Origin: Gammaproteobacteria bacterium
GTDB taxonomy: Bacteria; Pseudomonadota; Gammaproteobacteria; UBA4575
Reading direction: 5' to 3'
DNA length: 64,000 nucleotides
NCBI GenBank assembly: GCA_965222615.1
Contig: CBDCUI010000008.1
Coordinates: 256,001-320,000, forward strand
The notes beneath the pieces are model-generated. The model ran no database searches. It was given only the letters and a program-made list of their open reading frames with translations, and had not been told where the DNA came from. This document shows positions 50,407-61,066 of the stretch, in pieces. The position numbers and the translations under genes are program-made. Position 1 is the first letter of the stretch. Every line of letters starts with the position of its first letter.

Positions 50407-51495
50407 ATGGCCGAGCTTAACAAAGAGCAGGTAGAAGCTGTACTCAAACAAATTCAAGATCCATATATTGGCAAAGATCTCGTTGCTGCTAATACCGTAA
50501 AAAAAATTGAAGCTGAAGGTGGCAAAGTCGATGTCACAGTAAAATTTGGTTATCCAGCTAAGGGCATAGCAGGTGAATTGACCAAACAAATTGAAACCAA
50601 GGTAATTGAAGCTGGTGCCGAAAGTGTTACTGTGGATATGGGTTGGAATATAGAGGCTCACACAGTCCAAAAAAGTCTTAAGCCACTAGAAAATATTAAA
50701 AATGTAATTGCTATCGCATCGGGTAAAGGTGGTGTGGGCAAGTCTACCACTGCGGTTAACTTTGCTCTGGCCTTGTCGATGGAAGGCGCTATGGTGGGTG
50801 TATTAGATGCCGATATCTATGGCCCAAGTCAGCCTCGTATGCTTGGGGTAAGTGGCCAGCCTAAATCCAATGATGGCAAAAGCTTGGAGCCTATGGAGGC
50901 CCATGGACTGCAAGCCATGTCAATCGGTTTTTTGATCGATGAAGAAACCCCTATGATTTGGCGGGGGCCAATGGTGACTCAGGCCTTAGAACAATTACTG
51001 AACGATACACGCTGGCGTGGACTCGATTATCTTGTCGTCGATTTGCCACCGGGAACAGGTGATGTGCAGTTGACACTGGCACAAAAAATACCTGTTAGTG
51101 GAGCGATCATCGTGACTACTCCACAAGATATTGCTTTGCTTGATGCACGCAAGGGTCTTAAGATGTTTGAGAAAGTAGAAGTACCAGTACTTGGTGTGGT
51201 TGAAAATATGAGCATTCACATCTGTAGTGAATGTGGTCATGAAGAACCGATTTTTGGCGAAGGTGGCGGACAACGTATGGCAGATGAGTCGGGTGTTGAA
51301 GTACTAGGGGCATTACCATTAGATATTAATATTCGTGAACAAGTCGATAGTGGCAATCCTACGGTTGCTTCGCAACCGCAAAGTCGTGTAGCGGAGATTT
51401 ACCGAGAAATTGCGCGCAAAGCCGCCGCCAAATTAGCAGCATCAGGTAAAGACTATAGTGCGAAGTTTCCTAAAATTGTTATTCAAAACACTTAG
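50407..51495 (+). CDS. apbC: Fe-S cluster carrier ApbC/Mrp
   Basis: ASGKGGVGKSTT, DADIYGPS, WRGPM, DLPPGTGD, CSEC; ATG 50407 after AGGAG. Confidence 0.95.
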   Translation: MAELNKEQVEAVLKQIQDPYIGKDLVAANTVKKIEAEGGKVDVTVKFGYPAKGIAGELTKQIETKVIEAGAESVTVDMGWNIEAHTVQKSLKPLENIKNVIAIASGKGGVGKSTTAVNFALALSMEGAMVGVLDADIYGPSQPRMLGVSGQPKSNDGKSLEPMEAHGLQAMSIGFLIDEETPMIWRGPMVTQALEQLLNDTRWRGLDYLVVDLPPGTGDVQLTLAQKIPVSGAIIVTTPQDIALLDARKGLKMFEKVEVPVLGVVENMSIHICSECGHEEPIFGEGGGQRMADESGVEVLGALPLDINIREQVDSGNPTVASQPQSRVAEIYREIARKAAAKLAASGKDYSAKFPKIVIQNT

Positions 51496-51636
51496 AAATG
51501 CACTTTTTCAAAATAGTGTTGTCAACTCAGTGATTAAGACACAAAGTGTAACATGTGTGTAGCTTTTTAACGCTATTGAAAAAAGCTACTATGTATAGTG
51601 CTATTTTTTTGATCATTGTATTAAGGATAGTTTCCG

Positions 51637-52107
51637 ATGTTAAAAAATTTATTGTTGCTTGTTAGCTTTATATTATTTTTTATAAGTGGTTGTGCATCAC
51701 TAGATCAGCGTTTACACCCAATTCAGCCCAATGTAATGGTAGACGATATAGAAATTGAAGATGCGTCGTTGTCGGGCATTACGGCGTTGCTTACTTTAAA
51801 TATAGAAAATCCAAACAAGTTTGCATTGAATGCTAAGGGTCTTGACTATGTCATGAGTGTGTCAGGAGTAGATATAATTAGTGGTGAAAATGCACAAAGT
51901 ATGTCGGTACCGGCACTAGGACAAGGAAAAATCGAAGTGCCCGTCAGATTGAGTTATGCCTCGTTATTTGAGGCTATTCCAAAAATCGTGGAAACGGGTA
52001 TAGCTTCTTATAATTTTTCTGGCAGTATTCACACTCGGTTATTTAATATCCCGTTTGATAAAACGGATGAATTTAAATTACCGTATGTTGGTAGTTCTTC
52101 TAATTAA
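51637..52107 (+). CDS. LEA type 2 family lipoprotein
   Basis: Lipobox ISG|C; L.IENPN.F.L...LDY. Confidence 0.82.
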   Translation: MLKNLLLLVSFILFFISGCASLDQRLHPIQPNVMVDDIEIEDASLSGITALLTLNIENPNKFALNAKGLDYVMSVSGVDIISGENAQSMSVPALGQGKIEVPVRLSYASLFEAIPKIVETGIASYNFSGSIHTRLFNIPFDKTDEFKLPYVGSSSN

Positions 52108-52138
52108 TTCTTAGGGTAAAATTTTTTGAGATTATTTT

Positions 52139-52705
52139 ATGGCGATTAAATCTGATCGCTGGATTCGTAAAATGGCGAAAGAGCATGGCATGATTGAGCC
52201 GTTTGAGTCGGGTCAAGTACGTGAGAATGGTCATGGTCGAATGATTTCGTACGGCACATCCAGTTATGGTTACGATGTGCGTTGTGCCGACCAATTTAAA
52301 ATCTTCACCAATATTAATTCTGCAATCGTTGACCCAAAGGGATTTGATGAAAATAGTTTTGTTGATTTGCAGGGTAATGAATGTGTAATCCCACCTAATT
52401 CTTTTGTTCTAGCTAGCACAGTAGAATACTTTCGCATTCCACGTTCGGTTCTGACAGTTTGTTTAGGTAAATCTACTTATGCGCGCTGTGGGATAATCGT
52501 AAACGTCACACCACTTGAGCCAGAGTGGGAAGGGCATGTGACACTAGAATTTTCCAATACTACACCCTTACCAGCAAAAATTTATGCGAATGAAGGGGTT
52601 GCGCAAATGTTATTTTTTGAATCGGATGAAATATGTGAAACCTCTTATAAAGATCGAGGTGGAAAGTATCAAGGCCAAAAAGGCGTAACGTTGCCAAAAG
52701 CATGA
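52139..52705 (+). CDS. dcd: dCTP deaminase
   Basis: [28 protein letters not shown]. Confidence 0.96.
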   Translation: MAIKSDRWIRKMAKEHGMIEPFESGQVRENGHGRMISYGTSSYGYDVRCADQFKIFTNINSAIVDPKGFDENSFVDLQGNECVIPPNSFVLASTVEYFRIPRSVLTVCLGKSTYARCGIIVNVTPLEPEWEGHVTLEFSNTTPLPAKIYANEGVAQMLFFESDEICETSYKDRGGKYQGQKGVTLPKA

Positions 52706-52746
52706 AACGTAATAGCTGAAGAGAGTTAGATCTTTTTAGAGAATGG

Positions 52747-54105
52747 CTACAATAGCAACCAGGTTGCTAGTCCTAGAAAAGCAAAGATTCCAATTACATC
52801 AGTAATGGTTGTGAGCACAACGCCACCGGCTATGGCGGGGTCGATATCAAGTTTGCGCAGAATGATTGGAATGGTGACGCCGGCAAAGGCTGCGCAGATT
52901 AAATTCGCCATCATGGCTGCAGCGATAATGCCACCCATCTTAAGATCTTTAAACCAAACGATAACCACCAGTGCAACAATTAGTGCCCATGCCATACCAT
53001 TCAATATTCCGACTGCAAGTTCTTTCGTTAGTAATAGTTTTGAGTTACTTCTACCAACTTGGCCAAGGGCAAGACCGCGGATAACAAGTGTTAGGGTTTG
53101 GCTGCCGGCGATGCCTCCCATGCTGGCAACAACAGGGATGAGAATGGCCAACACGATGATTTTTTCCAAGGTCACTTGAAATAGGCTAATCACCCATGCT
53201 GCGAGAAAAGCAGTGACTAAATTGACACCCAACCATATCGCACGACGCCGTGTCGATGCCACGACAGGACCAAATAAATCTTCTTCTTCGGATAGGCCAG
53301 CCATGCTAAATACGGAGTGTTCGGCTTCCTCACGGATTACGTCAACCACATCGTCAATGGTAATACGTCCAATTAACTTATTATTCTCATCAACGACTGC
53401 GGCAGAAACGAGATCTAGATCTTCAAATGATTTTGCAACCATTAAGGCATCGGTATTGGCTTCAAATGCGTCTATATTATCTTCCAATACATCGCGCACC
53501 AGTTCAGTTGGTTTATGGGTAAGTACTTTAGACAGTGCTAAAGTGCCAATGTAATGATCATAACGGTCTACCACAAATAGCGAATCGGTAGCAGGCGGTA
53601 ATTCGCCACGAGCACGCAGGTATCGCAATACCACGTCGAGGGTGACATCACGTCTTACTGTTACAGTATCTGTATTCATTAACCCGCCAGCAGTATCTTC
53701 ATCGTAAGACAACACCGCTTCCAGGCGTTGACGGTCTTGATGATCCATGCCTGCAAGCGCTTGTTGAGTTACCGTGTCAGGTAGATCTGCAAGGAGATCA
53801 GCTAAGTCATCGATTTCTAAACCTTCAGTGGCAGATACCAACGCATCGCTGTCCATGAGTTTGATCAAACCGTTGCGAACTTCATCTCCTACATTTAAAA
53901 GGATTTCACCATCATCATCATGATCGAGCATATTCCATACAATGCTGCGCTGAGAGTGAGGCAGCGCTTCTAATAGGTTAGCGATCTCGGCAGGATGTAG
54001 TGCATTTAAAATACGGCGCGCACGTTGCATAGTGCCTGTTTGTAAGGCATCTCCAATGACCTTTAAAGTATGGTCTTGAGTTTGTGCTGCTGCAGTTTCG
54101 GACAT
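52747..54105 (-). CDS. mgtE: Magnesium transporter MgtE
   Basis: N-domain, CBS pair (TAGGLM), MGGIAGSQT, IDPA...TTITD. Confidence 0.95.
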   Translation of the reverse strand: MSETAAAQTQDHTLKVIGDALQTGTMQRARRILNALHPAEIANLLEALPHSQRSIVWNMLDHDDDGEILLNVGDEVRNGLIKLMDSDALVSATEGLEIDDLADLLADLPDTVTQQALAGMDHQDRQRLEAVLSYDEDTAGGLMNTDTVTVRRDVTLDVVLRYLRARGELPPATDSLFVVDRYDHYIGTLALSKVLTHKPTELVRDVLEDNIDAFEANTDALMVAKSFEDLDLVSAAVVDENNKLIGRITIDDVVDVIREEAEHSVFSMAGLSEEEDLFGPVVASTRRRAIWLGVNLVTAFLAAWVISLFQVTLEKIIVLAILIPVVASMGGIAGSQTLTLVIRGLALGQVGRSNSKLLLTKELAVGILNGMAWALIVALVVIVWFKDLKMGGIIAAAMMANLICAAFAGVTIPIILRKLDIDPAIAGGVVLTTITDVIGIFAFLGLATWLLL

Positions 54106-54199
54106 TTTTTATTATTAGCGTTGAGAAATTGAATATGCGCGGCAAGTGTAACTGCTTGTTACCAACTTGCCAAAGAAAGTGTTTGGTGGCTAGTGCAAT

Positions 54200-55930
54200 T
54201 TATTCGTTGAGCGCATCCACCATAGGCCCAATTTTACTAGGCACCATGGTGCTCAAAATTTTCTTAGCAGGCTTTTCTAATTCCGATATTTTACTTTTAT
54301 TGATAATTTGTTTGATTTCTAGCAAGTTTGATGGGTGAGCACTGAATTCTTGTAAACCCATACCGAGAAGAAGGCGCGTGTATCGTGAATCTCCAGCCAT
54401 TTCGCCACACATGGCTACAGGTATTTTGGCGCGTCGACCGGCTTGTAAAGTTAAATTGATTAGCTTTAGTACTGACGGATGTAAAGGATCATAGAGGTAG
54501 TTCACTTGATCATCAATGCGGTCTATAGCGAGTGTATATTGAATTAAGTCATTGGTACCGATAGATAGAAAATCTAATTGTTTTGCTAATATATTGGCAG
54601 AAAGTGCAGCAGCTGGAACTTCTATCATCGCACCAACAGGTATTTCAGGATCAAAATTTTTATCTTCGTTTTTTAATTCACGTTTTGCTTGATCCAAAAT
54701 CGCTAATGATTGTTCAAGTTCAGTATGACTGGTGATCATAGGTAACAAAATTCTAACTGGGCCTGTTGAAGAGGCGCGTAATATTGCTCGTAACTGTTGT
54801 TTAAATAACTCGGTATCTTTCAGCGATCTTCTAATTGCACGTAAACCTAATGCGGGGTTCTGAGTTAAAGGACCTTGAAAATCTGGGTCAAATTCTTTTT
54901 CAGCGCCTAAATCCAGCGTCCGAATCGTTAAGGGTTTCCCTTTCAAGGCACGAATAACTTTACGATAGGCATTTAACTGCTCGGTTTCATCTGCTGGTTC
55001 TTCACGATCGATGTACAAAAATTCAGTACGATACAAACCAACCCCATCTGCACCAGATTGTTTTAAAGCATTGATATCTTCTGCAAGCTCAATATTCGCT
55101 TGTAGGCTAATTCTTTGGCCGTCACGGGATTTGGCTGAGATATTGCGCAGGGATTCAAGCTTGCGTCGCGCTTCTTTTTGATCACGTTGTTTTTGTCGAT
55201 ATTGCTTAATCGTATTTTCATCGATCCCGGCTAATACCATGCCGTCAGCACCATCGATCACCACATGTTCTTCTTGCATGAGTAATAATCGAGCATTTTG
55301 TATGCCGACTACAGCTGGTATACCAAGGCTGCGTGCTAATATCGCAGTATGCGATAGTGGTCCACCTAACTCAGTGATAAAGCCCGCGATATTTTGGTTT
55401 TGCATGACAACCGTATCTGCAGGCGTGAGGTCGTCAGCGACAATGATGCTGCCCTTCAAAGGCTGCGCTTTCATTTCTACTGTATATTGTTGATCCTTGA
55501 GAATTTGTTGGATTAAGTTAATAACATGCTCTACATCATTAATACGTGTACGCAGATAATCGTCTTCCATCTGTTCAAAAACAGATACTAATTTATCGCG
55601 TTGTTGTTTAAGTGCCCATTCTGCATTGCACTGTTGTTCTTGAATAATTTCAATCGGCACTTTACGCATCATCGAGTCTTTAATCATAAGGATGTGAGAA
55701 TCGATGAAAGAGGCAACGTCTTTTGGTGCGTCTTCTGGAATTGTGTCTTGAATGCTGGCTAATTGATTGGATGCTTCGTCTAATGCAGTTAAGTAACGTT
55801 CAATCTCTGCGTCAATTTCAGTTTCATCCAGTTTGCGTTCAAATACTTCAGGCGCACCGCGGCTTAATAGGTGCACATTGCCGATGGCAATGCCTCTCGA
55901 TACGCCTATTCCTGAAACAATTAGCGCCAT
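54200..55930 (-). CDS. ptsI: PTS enzyme I (no GAF domain)
   Basis: SHTAILARS, GLYRTEF, RTLDLG, SIGTNDL.QY, CGEMAGD. Confidence 0.93.
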   Translation of the reverse strand: MALIVSGIGVSRGIAIGNVHLLSRGAPEVFERKLDETEIDAEIERYLTALDEASNQLASIQDTIPEDAPKDVASFIDSHILMIKDSMMRKVPIEIIQEQQCNAEWALKQQRDKLVSVFEQMEDDYLRTRINDVEHVINLIQQILKDQQYTVEMKAQPLKGSIIVADDLTPADTVVMQNQNIAGFITELGGPLSHTAILARSLGIPAVVGIQNARLLLMQEEHVVIDGADGMVLAGIDENTIKQYRQKQRDQKEARRKLESLRNISAKSRDGQRISLQANIELAEDINALKQSGADGVGLYRTEFLYIDREEPADETEQLNAYRKVIRALKGKPLTIRTLDLGAEKEFDPDFQGPLTQNPALGLRAIRRSLKDTELFKQQLRAILRASSTGPVRILLPMITSHTELEQSLAILDQAKRELKNEDKNFDPEIPVGAMIEVPAAALSANILAKQLDFLSIGTNDLIQYTLAIDRIDDQVNYLYDPLHPSVLKLINLTLQAGRRAKIPVAMCGEMAGDSRYTRLLLGMGLQEFSAHPSNLLEIKQIINKSKISELEKPAKKILSTMVPSKIGPMVDALNE

Positions 55931-55937
55931 ATTTAGT

Positions 55938-56131
55938 TAAGGAAACTCTGATTGATCATGATACTTCGTTAAAAAATATCTCAAAATGCTCGTGTATTAG
56001 CATATACACTCCGCTTTGACTCGCACCTTCCTGGTGCTCGGCCTGCGGCTAGCAGAGCTTCCCAAATCTGCTCCCGGCAGATTTGTCTTGATATTTTTTG
56101 CCTCGTCTCATAAGAAATCAGAGCTTTTTTA
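55938..56131. mobile_element. MITE-like element containing a nested GC-rich palindromic unit (56018-56087)
   Basis: Terminal IR TAAGGAAACTCTGATT / AATCAGAGCTTTTTTA (13/16); internal IR AAAAAATATC / GATATTTTTT; several hairpins. Confidence 0.65.
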
Positions 56132-56146
56132 GCCTTTTCTGGAAAT

Positions 56147-56416
56147 TTATTCATCTTCATCAAAATAATTATTAAATAGTTTTTCTATACTTGTCAGAGC
56201 TTCTTGTTCATCATCTCCGTTTGCCATGACGGTTACAATAGAGCCCTTACTTGCGGCTAGCATCATTACCCCCATGATACTTTTGCCATTTATTTTTTTA
56301 TTTTCTTTTTCTAAGAATATTTCGCTTTGAAAATTTGAAGCAAGTGCTACTAACTTTGCAGCAGCACGCGCATGCAGTCCAAGCTTATTGATAATTTTTA
56401 GATCTTTATTTACCAT
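56147..56416 (-). CDS. ptsH: HPr/NPr family phosphocarrier
   Basis: GLHARAA, KSIMGVMML. Confidence 0.92.
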   Translation of the reverse strand: MVNKDLKIINKLGLHARAAAKLVALASNFQSEIFLEKENKKINGKSIMGVMMLAASKGSIVTVMANGDDEQEALTSIEKLFNNYFDEDE

Positions 56417-56437
56417 TAAAATAAGTTCCTTGATCGC

Positions 56438-56818
56438 TTAGTCTATAATTCCGTCATGTCCACCGCTTATCGCTTTTTCAACGAGTTCATCCAAGCCCAG
56501 ATTCGGATAATTCAAGACTCGAATCAACATCGGTAAATTCATGCCTGCGATTACATGAGTGTTTTCAATACTATTAAGTTTGTGGCAGATATTGCTGGGT
56601 GTTGAGCCAAAAATATCCGTTAATATCAAAATGCCATCGCCGTCATCTAATTCTGTACAAAGTTTTTTTGCTTTACTCAGTATATCGTCGGGATTGCATG
56701 TATTCGATACCGATAGTGATTTGCACCTTAGAGGCAGCTTGCTTAACATGGTTTCAGCAGTAGCGATTAATTCATGGCCAACTCGTCCATGTGTAATAGT
56801 GAGTAATGAGACAGCCAT
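56438..56818 (-). CDS. PTS EIIA, mannose/fructose type
   Basis: ITHG, LTDIFGSTPSN, GMNLPML. Confidence 0.9.
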   Translation of the reverse strand: MAVSLLTITHGRVGHELIATAETMLSKLPLRCKSLSVSNTCNPDDILSKAKKLCTELDDGDGILILTDIFGSTPSNICHKLNSIENTHVIAGMNLPMLIRVLNYPNLGLDELVEKAISGGHDGIID

Positions 56819-56819
56819 A

Positions 56820-57683
56820 TTAGTGCTCTAAATCCCTGTGGCGGACCGAGACGTCTTTATCTTCAAAATTTTTGAAACGATCTGCTAAGTATTCTGCGAT
56901 ATGCACAGAGCGGTGTTGTCCACCTGTACAGCCGATGGAAACACTCAAGTAACTTCGATTTTCACGAATAAAATGTGGTAACCAGTATTCAATAAAACTA
57001 CCTATCGACTCGATCATTTGTTTCACTTCGTCATGTGATTGCAAATATTCGATCACTTCCAAATCATGGCCTGAGAGTTTACGTAAATGTTGCTCCCAAT
57101 AGGGGTTAGGCAAGCAGCGCACATCAAATACATAATCCGAATCATTTGGTACACCGTATTTAAAGCCAAAAGACTGCAAAAGCACAGTTAACTTGGTTGA
57201 TTTTTTACCGCAGACTTGTTCTGTAATGATGGATCGTAATTGGCGTACATTAGTTGAAGTTGTATCGATACGTAAATCTGCTAGTAGAGTCACTTCACCC
57301 AAAATTTGTTTTTCCATTTTTATTGCGTCAACCAATGGCAGGCCGTCTTTTGTAAGGGGGTGTTTACGCCTGGTTTCGCTATATCTTTGTATTAATGTTT
57401 CTTCTTCTGCTTCCAAGTAAATAAGTTCAATGTCAATACCTCTTTCTTTAAGTTCATTAATTATTTTTGGAAGCGAGAGAATATCTTGGCTGACGTTACG
57501 TGCATCTACTCCAATTGCTATTTTTTCGTAGAAACTTGGAGAAGCCGTAGTTAAATGCTCAATGCAAGTAAGTAACATGCTCAGTGGCATGTTATCGATG
57601 CAGTAAAAGTCATCATCCTCAAGTGTATTAATGGCAACAGATTTTCCTGAACCGGACAAACCGCTAACTAATACTAATCTCAT
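56820..57683 (-). CDS. rapZ: RNase adapter RapZ
   Basis: SGLSGSGKS, ETRRKHPL, SFGFKYG, DVRCLPNP, GCTGGQHRS. Confidence 0.95.
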   Translation of the reverse strand: MRLVLVSGLSGSGKSVAINTLEDDDFYCIDNMPLSMLLTCIEHLTTASPSFYEKIAIGVDARNVSQDILSLPKIINELKERGIDIELIYLEAEEETLIQRYSETRRKHPLTKDGLPLVDAIKMEKQILGEVTLLADLRIDTTSTNVRQLRSIITEQVCGKKSTKLTVLLQSFGFKYGVPNDSDYVFDVRCLPNPYWEQHLRKLSGHDLEVIEYLQSHDEVKQMIESIGSFIEYWLPHFIRENRSYLSVSIGCTGGQHRSVHIAEYLADRFKNFEDKDVSVRHRDLEH

Positions 57684-57689
57684 TATTAT

Positions 57690-58649
57690 TTACTGCATTG
57701 CATCTTTTTGACGTTGTACAAAATCTTCTCCGGCATTGTACCCATGTTTGATAAGCAAGTGATCACGTACCGCAGCTTCTACTAATACTGCAAGATTTCG
57801 CCCAGGTGCGACAGGTAAAGAAATGGCAGGTATATTTACTCCAAGAATATTGGTTGTTTTCTCAGACAATCTTATACGGTCTTCGCTTTTAGATGAGCTT
57901 TTCTTGGGTGGGAAAAGTTCAATGATTAATTTTAGATATTTATTCATTTTTATAGCACTGTCACCGTACATTTCACGTATGTTTAATACACCAAGTCCGC
58001 GCACTTCAAGAAAGTTTTGTAATAATTCAGGACATGTTCCGTTGATGGTATCCGGTGCAATTCTTGCAAATTCGGGTGCATCATCAGCGATCAGCCGATG
58101 GCCACGGCTAACCAGATCTAGTGCTAGTTCGCTTTTGCCTAAGCCACTTTGACCTGTGATTAAAACACCAACACTGATAACTTCCATAAACACGCCGTGT
58201 AGTGTTTCTTTTTCTGCTAAGGTCTGTGTCAAGTAATAGCGCAACTGATCAATCAGCTCATTGCTTGATAGACGTGAACAGATTATGGGTAAGTCATATT
58301 CGTCAGAATATTTTTTAAAATTTGCTGGTGGTTTTAGATTATCGGAAATGAAAATGGCTGCTGATTTTCTTTGAAATAATTTTGCAAGTGCATTTTTTAA
58401 TATACCTTCATCTGCTTGTTTAAAAAAATTGAGTTCTGTTTTTCCTAAAATTTGTGCCTGATTGGCATGGATTAAATTGAAGTACCCAACTAATCCCAAT
58501 TCTGATGATTTAAATGATAGGCGTACAAACCCTTTTTTGCTTCCCTTGTTTCCAGCCCACCATGATAATTTCAAATTATCTTGAATTTGTGAGAACAGGG
58601 CACTTGTAGAAAGAGCTACAGCATTGTTTTTAGAGTTAGACGCTGCCAT
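57690..58649 (-). CDS. hprK: HPr(Ser) kinase/phosphatase
   Basis: HGV, G.SGLGKSELAL, GHRLIADD, LEVRGLG, PVAPGRN. Confidence 0.95.
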   Translation of the reverse strand: MAASNSKNNAVALSTSALFSQIQDNLKLSWWAGNKGSKKGFVRLSFKSSELGLVGYFNLIHANQAQILGKTELNFFKQADEGILKNALAKLFQRKSAAIFISDNLKPPANFKKYSDEYDLPIICSRLSSNELIDQLRYYLTQTLAEKETLHGVFMEVISVGVLITGQSGLGKSELALDLVSRGHRLIADDAPEFARIAPDTINGTCPELLQNFLEVRGLGVLNIREMYGDSAIKMNKYLKLIIELFPPKKSSSKSEDRIRLSEKTTNILGVNIPAISLPVAPGRNLAVLVEAAVRDHLLIKHGYNAGEDFVQRQKDAMQ

Positions 58650-58737
58650 AGGTTGTATTTTATATTGCTCTTAAAAAGATCAAGAGCATAGGATATAAGC
58701 TTCAACAAAAATTACTACCGCGGCTAAATATCTAAAA

Positions 58738-59205
58738 TTATGCGGCGAGGTGTTTAGGATGTTGGCAAAGTAGTTGGTAAATGCATGCTGCATCTTTGCA
58801 TTTTTCAATTGATTGGCGAACATTTTCATTATCTAACAACTCTGCTAGGTTGGCTAATAATTCAAGGTGATCATCATTAGCATCTTCTGGAACTACCATG
58901 CAAAATAGGAATGTGACTGGAATATCATCTACTGCTTCAAAGTCGATGCCCTCCTTAAGCTTTAGCATGGATACATAAATTTTGTCTAGGTCTTCAATCC
59001 TGCAATGAGGGATTGCAATGCCTTTACCTAAAGCAGTACTGCCAAGTTTCTCACGTGCTAATAGAGCGTCGAGAATTTTACCTTTATTTAAACTTGTGTG
59101 CTGCTGTGCTAAAGATTCGCTTAACAGCTCAAGCGCTCTTTTTTTGCTGCTTACGGAAGTAGTAAAAACGATCCATTCTTCAGAGATGGTGTCTTTTAAA
59201 TACAT
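58738..59205 (-). CDS. ptsN: PTS EIIA-Ntr
   Basis: SKKRALE, REKLGST.LG.GIAIPH. Confidence 0.9.
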   Translation of the reverse strand: MYLKDTISEEWIVFTTSVSSKKRALELLSESLAQQHTSLNKGKILDALLAREKLGSTALGKGIAIPHCRIEDLDKIYVSMLKLKEGIDFEAVDDIPVTFLFCMVVPEDANDDHLELLANLAELLDNENVRQSIEKCKDAACIYQLLCQHPKHLAA

Positions 59206-59223
59206 TACTTTTCGCCGATTTGT

Positions 59224-59544
59224 TTAATTTAACGCGTGGTGCTGTACGTCGCCCTGGTGGTGGTCTTTTAGTTTTTCTTTATGTTTAACTATTTGTCTAT
59301 CTAATTTATCTACTAATGAATCAACTGCTGCATACATGCTTTCGTTACTTGCGTCTGCAAAAATTTTATTACCACTTACTTGCAATGACGCTTCTGCACG
59401 GTGAATGAGTTTTTCTACATTTAATATTACATGAATATTTATTACATGATCAAAATGTCTGGTCAAGCGCTCAAATTTTTTTTCAACATAGTCTTTTAGT
59501 GAGGATGTTACTTTAACGTGATGGCCAGTTATATTTATTTGCAT
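59224..59544 (-). CDS. hpf: Ribosome hibernation promoting factor
   Basis: MQINITGHH, MYAAVD.LVDKLDRQ..KHKEK; downstream of rpoN. Confidence 0.93.
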   Translation of the reverse strand: MQINITGHHVKVTSSLKDYVEKKFERLTRHFDHVINIHVILNVEKLIHRAEASLQVSGNKIFADASNESMYAAVDSLVDKLDRQIVKHKEKLKDHHQGDVQHHALN

Positions 59545-59604
59545 ACTTATTCCTTGTTGGCGCAGAATACTAGTAAATCACAGTCACAAATATATTAAAA
59601 CTAT

Positions 59605-61056
59605 TTAAGCATACTGTCTTCTTTCATTAGAAGGTGGTATTGCCATAGATTCACGGTATTTTGCAATGGTACGACGAGCAACACTGATGCCTTTTTGTTC
59701 AAGAATGGTGGCTATCTTATTGTCGCTCAATGGTTTTGTTTGATTTTCTTCGTTAATTAGCTTTTTAATCATTGCCCTTATTGCGGTAGCAGAACATATT
59801 CCCCCATCTTTTGTGTTGACATGACTAGAGAAAAAATATTTGAATTCAAAGATACCTCTAGGAGTATCCATGTATTTATTTGTGGTAACTCGTGAAATCG
59901 TAGATTCATGCATTTCTAGTTCTTCAGCGATATCCCTCAGCACTAAAGGACGCATCGCTTCTTCACCATATTCAAAAAAGCCCCTTTGATGTCTTACGAT
60001 TGAGGTGGCTACACGCATAAGCGTTTCGTTGCGGCTTTGTAGGCTTTTGATAAACCAGCGAGCTTCCTGTAGCTGATTGCGTAGGTAATCTGTTTCGTTA
60101 TTATTATTTGAGTTTTTTATTAGAGCTGAATAAACATCGTTAATGCGTAATTTTGGCGCACTATCCATGTTTAATTTTACCCGCCAAATACCTTCATGTT
60201 TGTCTACATAAACATCTGGAGCAATATATTCTGGTTTTTGTGCATTGATTAAATCACCAGGATGTGGGTGTAAGCTTTGAATGAGTGAAATCGAATTTTC
60301 AATTATATCTGTAGAAAATTTAGTCAGTTTGGTTAATTGTTTGTAATCTTTAGAAGCAACCAAATCTAAATGATTTGCAACCAGTAAGCGAGCTTCTGAC
60401 AGAAAAGGCGTGTCTTTAGGCATTTGCTGTAATTGAATATCTAAGCATTCTTGAAGACTACGTGCACCCGATCCAATCGGGTCCAATCGTTGTACAAATT
60501 TTAAAACAGCTTCAACTTCGTCTAACTCAATGTCAGAGTTTTTACTCAGATTTTCATGGATGCTCTCAATAGAGTCTTGTAAATAGCCAGAGTCATCTAA
60601 GGCATCGATTAAGCTATTAGCGATTATTTGGTCTTGATTTGAAAGTGAACTTAGCTCGATTTGCCACAAAAGATGTTCTTGCAAAGAGTCATATTCATCG
60701 TTGCTCTGATTTTCTAAGTAATCGGAGTAATCCTCTGTTGGCTGGCTGATGGGAATCTGGCCGGGTTCATAGACATCATCCCACTGACTGTCGACAGGTA
60801 ATTCATCAGGCAATGTACCGTCCGCAGTTATCTCTTGAATTTCATTGGTATCGTCATTGGATTCTGGTTTTTCAATAATCTGACTTTCTTCTGCTTGTTC
60901 ATCATCGGTTTCCAGCATAGGGTTACATTCAAAAGCTTCTTGAATCTCGGCTTTGAGTTCTAAGGATGATAATTGCAATAAGCGAATGGCTTGTTGCAGT
61001 TGTGGTGTCATGGTCAGCTGTTGACCGAGACGAACTTGAAGAGTTGGCTTCAACAT
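59605..61056 (-). CDS. rpoN: RNA polymerase sigma-54 factor
   Basis: QQLTMTPQLQQAIRLLQL, HESTISR, RpoN box ARRTIAKYR; ATG 61056 preferred over the track start. Confidence 0.96.
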   Translation of the reverse strand: MLKPTLQVRLGQQLTMTPQLQQAIRLLQLSSLELKAEIQEAFECNPMLETDDEQAEESQIIEKPESNDDTNEIQEITADGTLPDELPVDSQWDDVYEPGQIPISQPTEDYSDYLENQSNDEYDSLQEHLLWQIELSSLSNQDQIIANSLIDALDDSGYLQDSIESIHENLSKNSDIELDEVEAVLKFVQRLDPIGSGARSLQECLDIQLQQMPKDTPFLSEARLLVANHLDLVASKDYKQLTKLTKFSTDIIENSISLIQSLHPHPGDLINAQKPEYIAPDVYVDKHEGIWRVKLNMDSAPKLRINDVYSALIKNSNNNNETDYLRNQLQEARWFIKSLQSRNETLMRVATSIVRHQRGFFEYGEEAMRPLVLRDIAEELEMHESTISRVTTNKYMDTPRGIFEFKYFFSSHVNTKDGGICSATAIRAMIKKLINEENQTKPLSDNKIATILEQKGISVARRTIAKYRESMAIPPSNERRQYA

Positions 61057-61066
61057 GCCTAAAGTA

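Noticed and set aside
51559-51589. Inverted repeat GTAGCTTTTT/AAAAAGCTAC between apbC and the LEA gene
   Set aside because: Single AT-rich hairpin; cannot distinguish terminator, operator or chance
40872-53554. Numerous 60-160 aa antisense ORFs in the track within hvfX, the FMN enzyme, ALS, ALDH, metG and mgtE
   Set aside because: Fully nested opposite well-supported genes; typical shadow ORFs
56018-56087. tRNA-like structure
   Set aside because: Hairpins are present but there is no acceptor stem, TTCGA T-loop or CCA
55723-56163. ORFs 55723-56019 and 55981-56163
   Set aside because: They overlap ptsI/HPr and the palindromic element and show no protein features
54200-59544. PTS genes without a sugar permease as a novel system
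   Set aside because: The rpoN-hpf-ptsN-hprK-rapZ-EIIA-HPr-EI regulatory cluster is well known in proteobacteria
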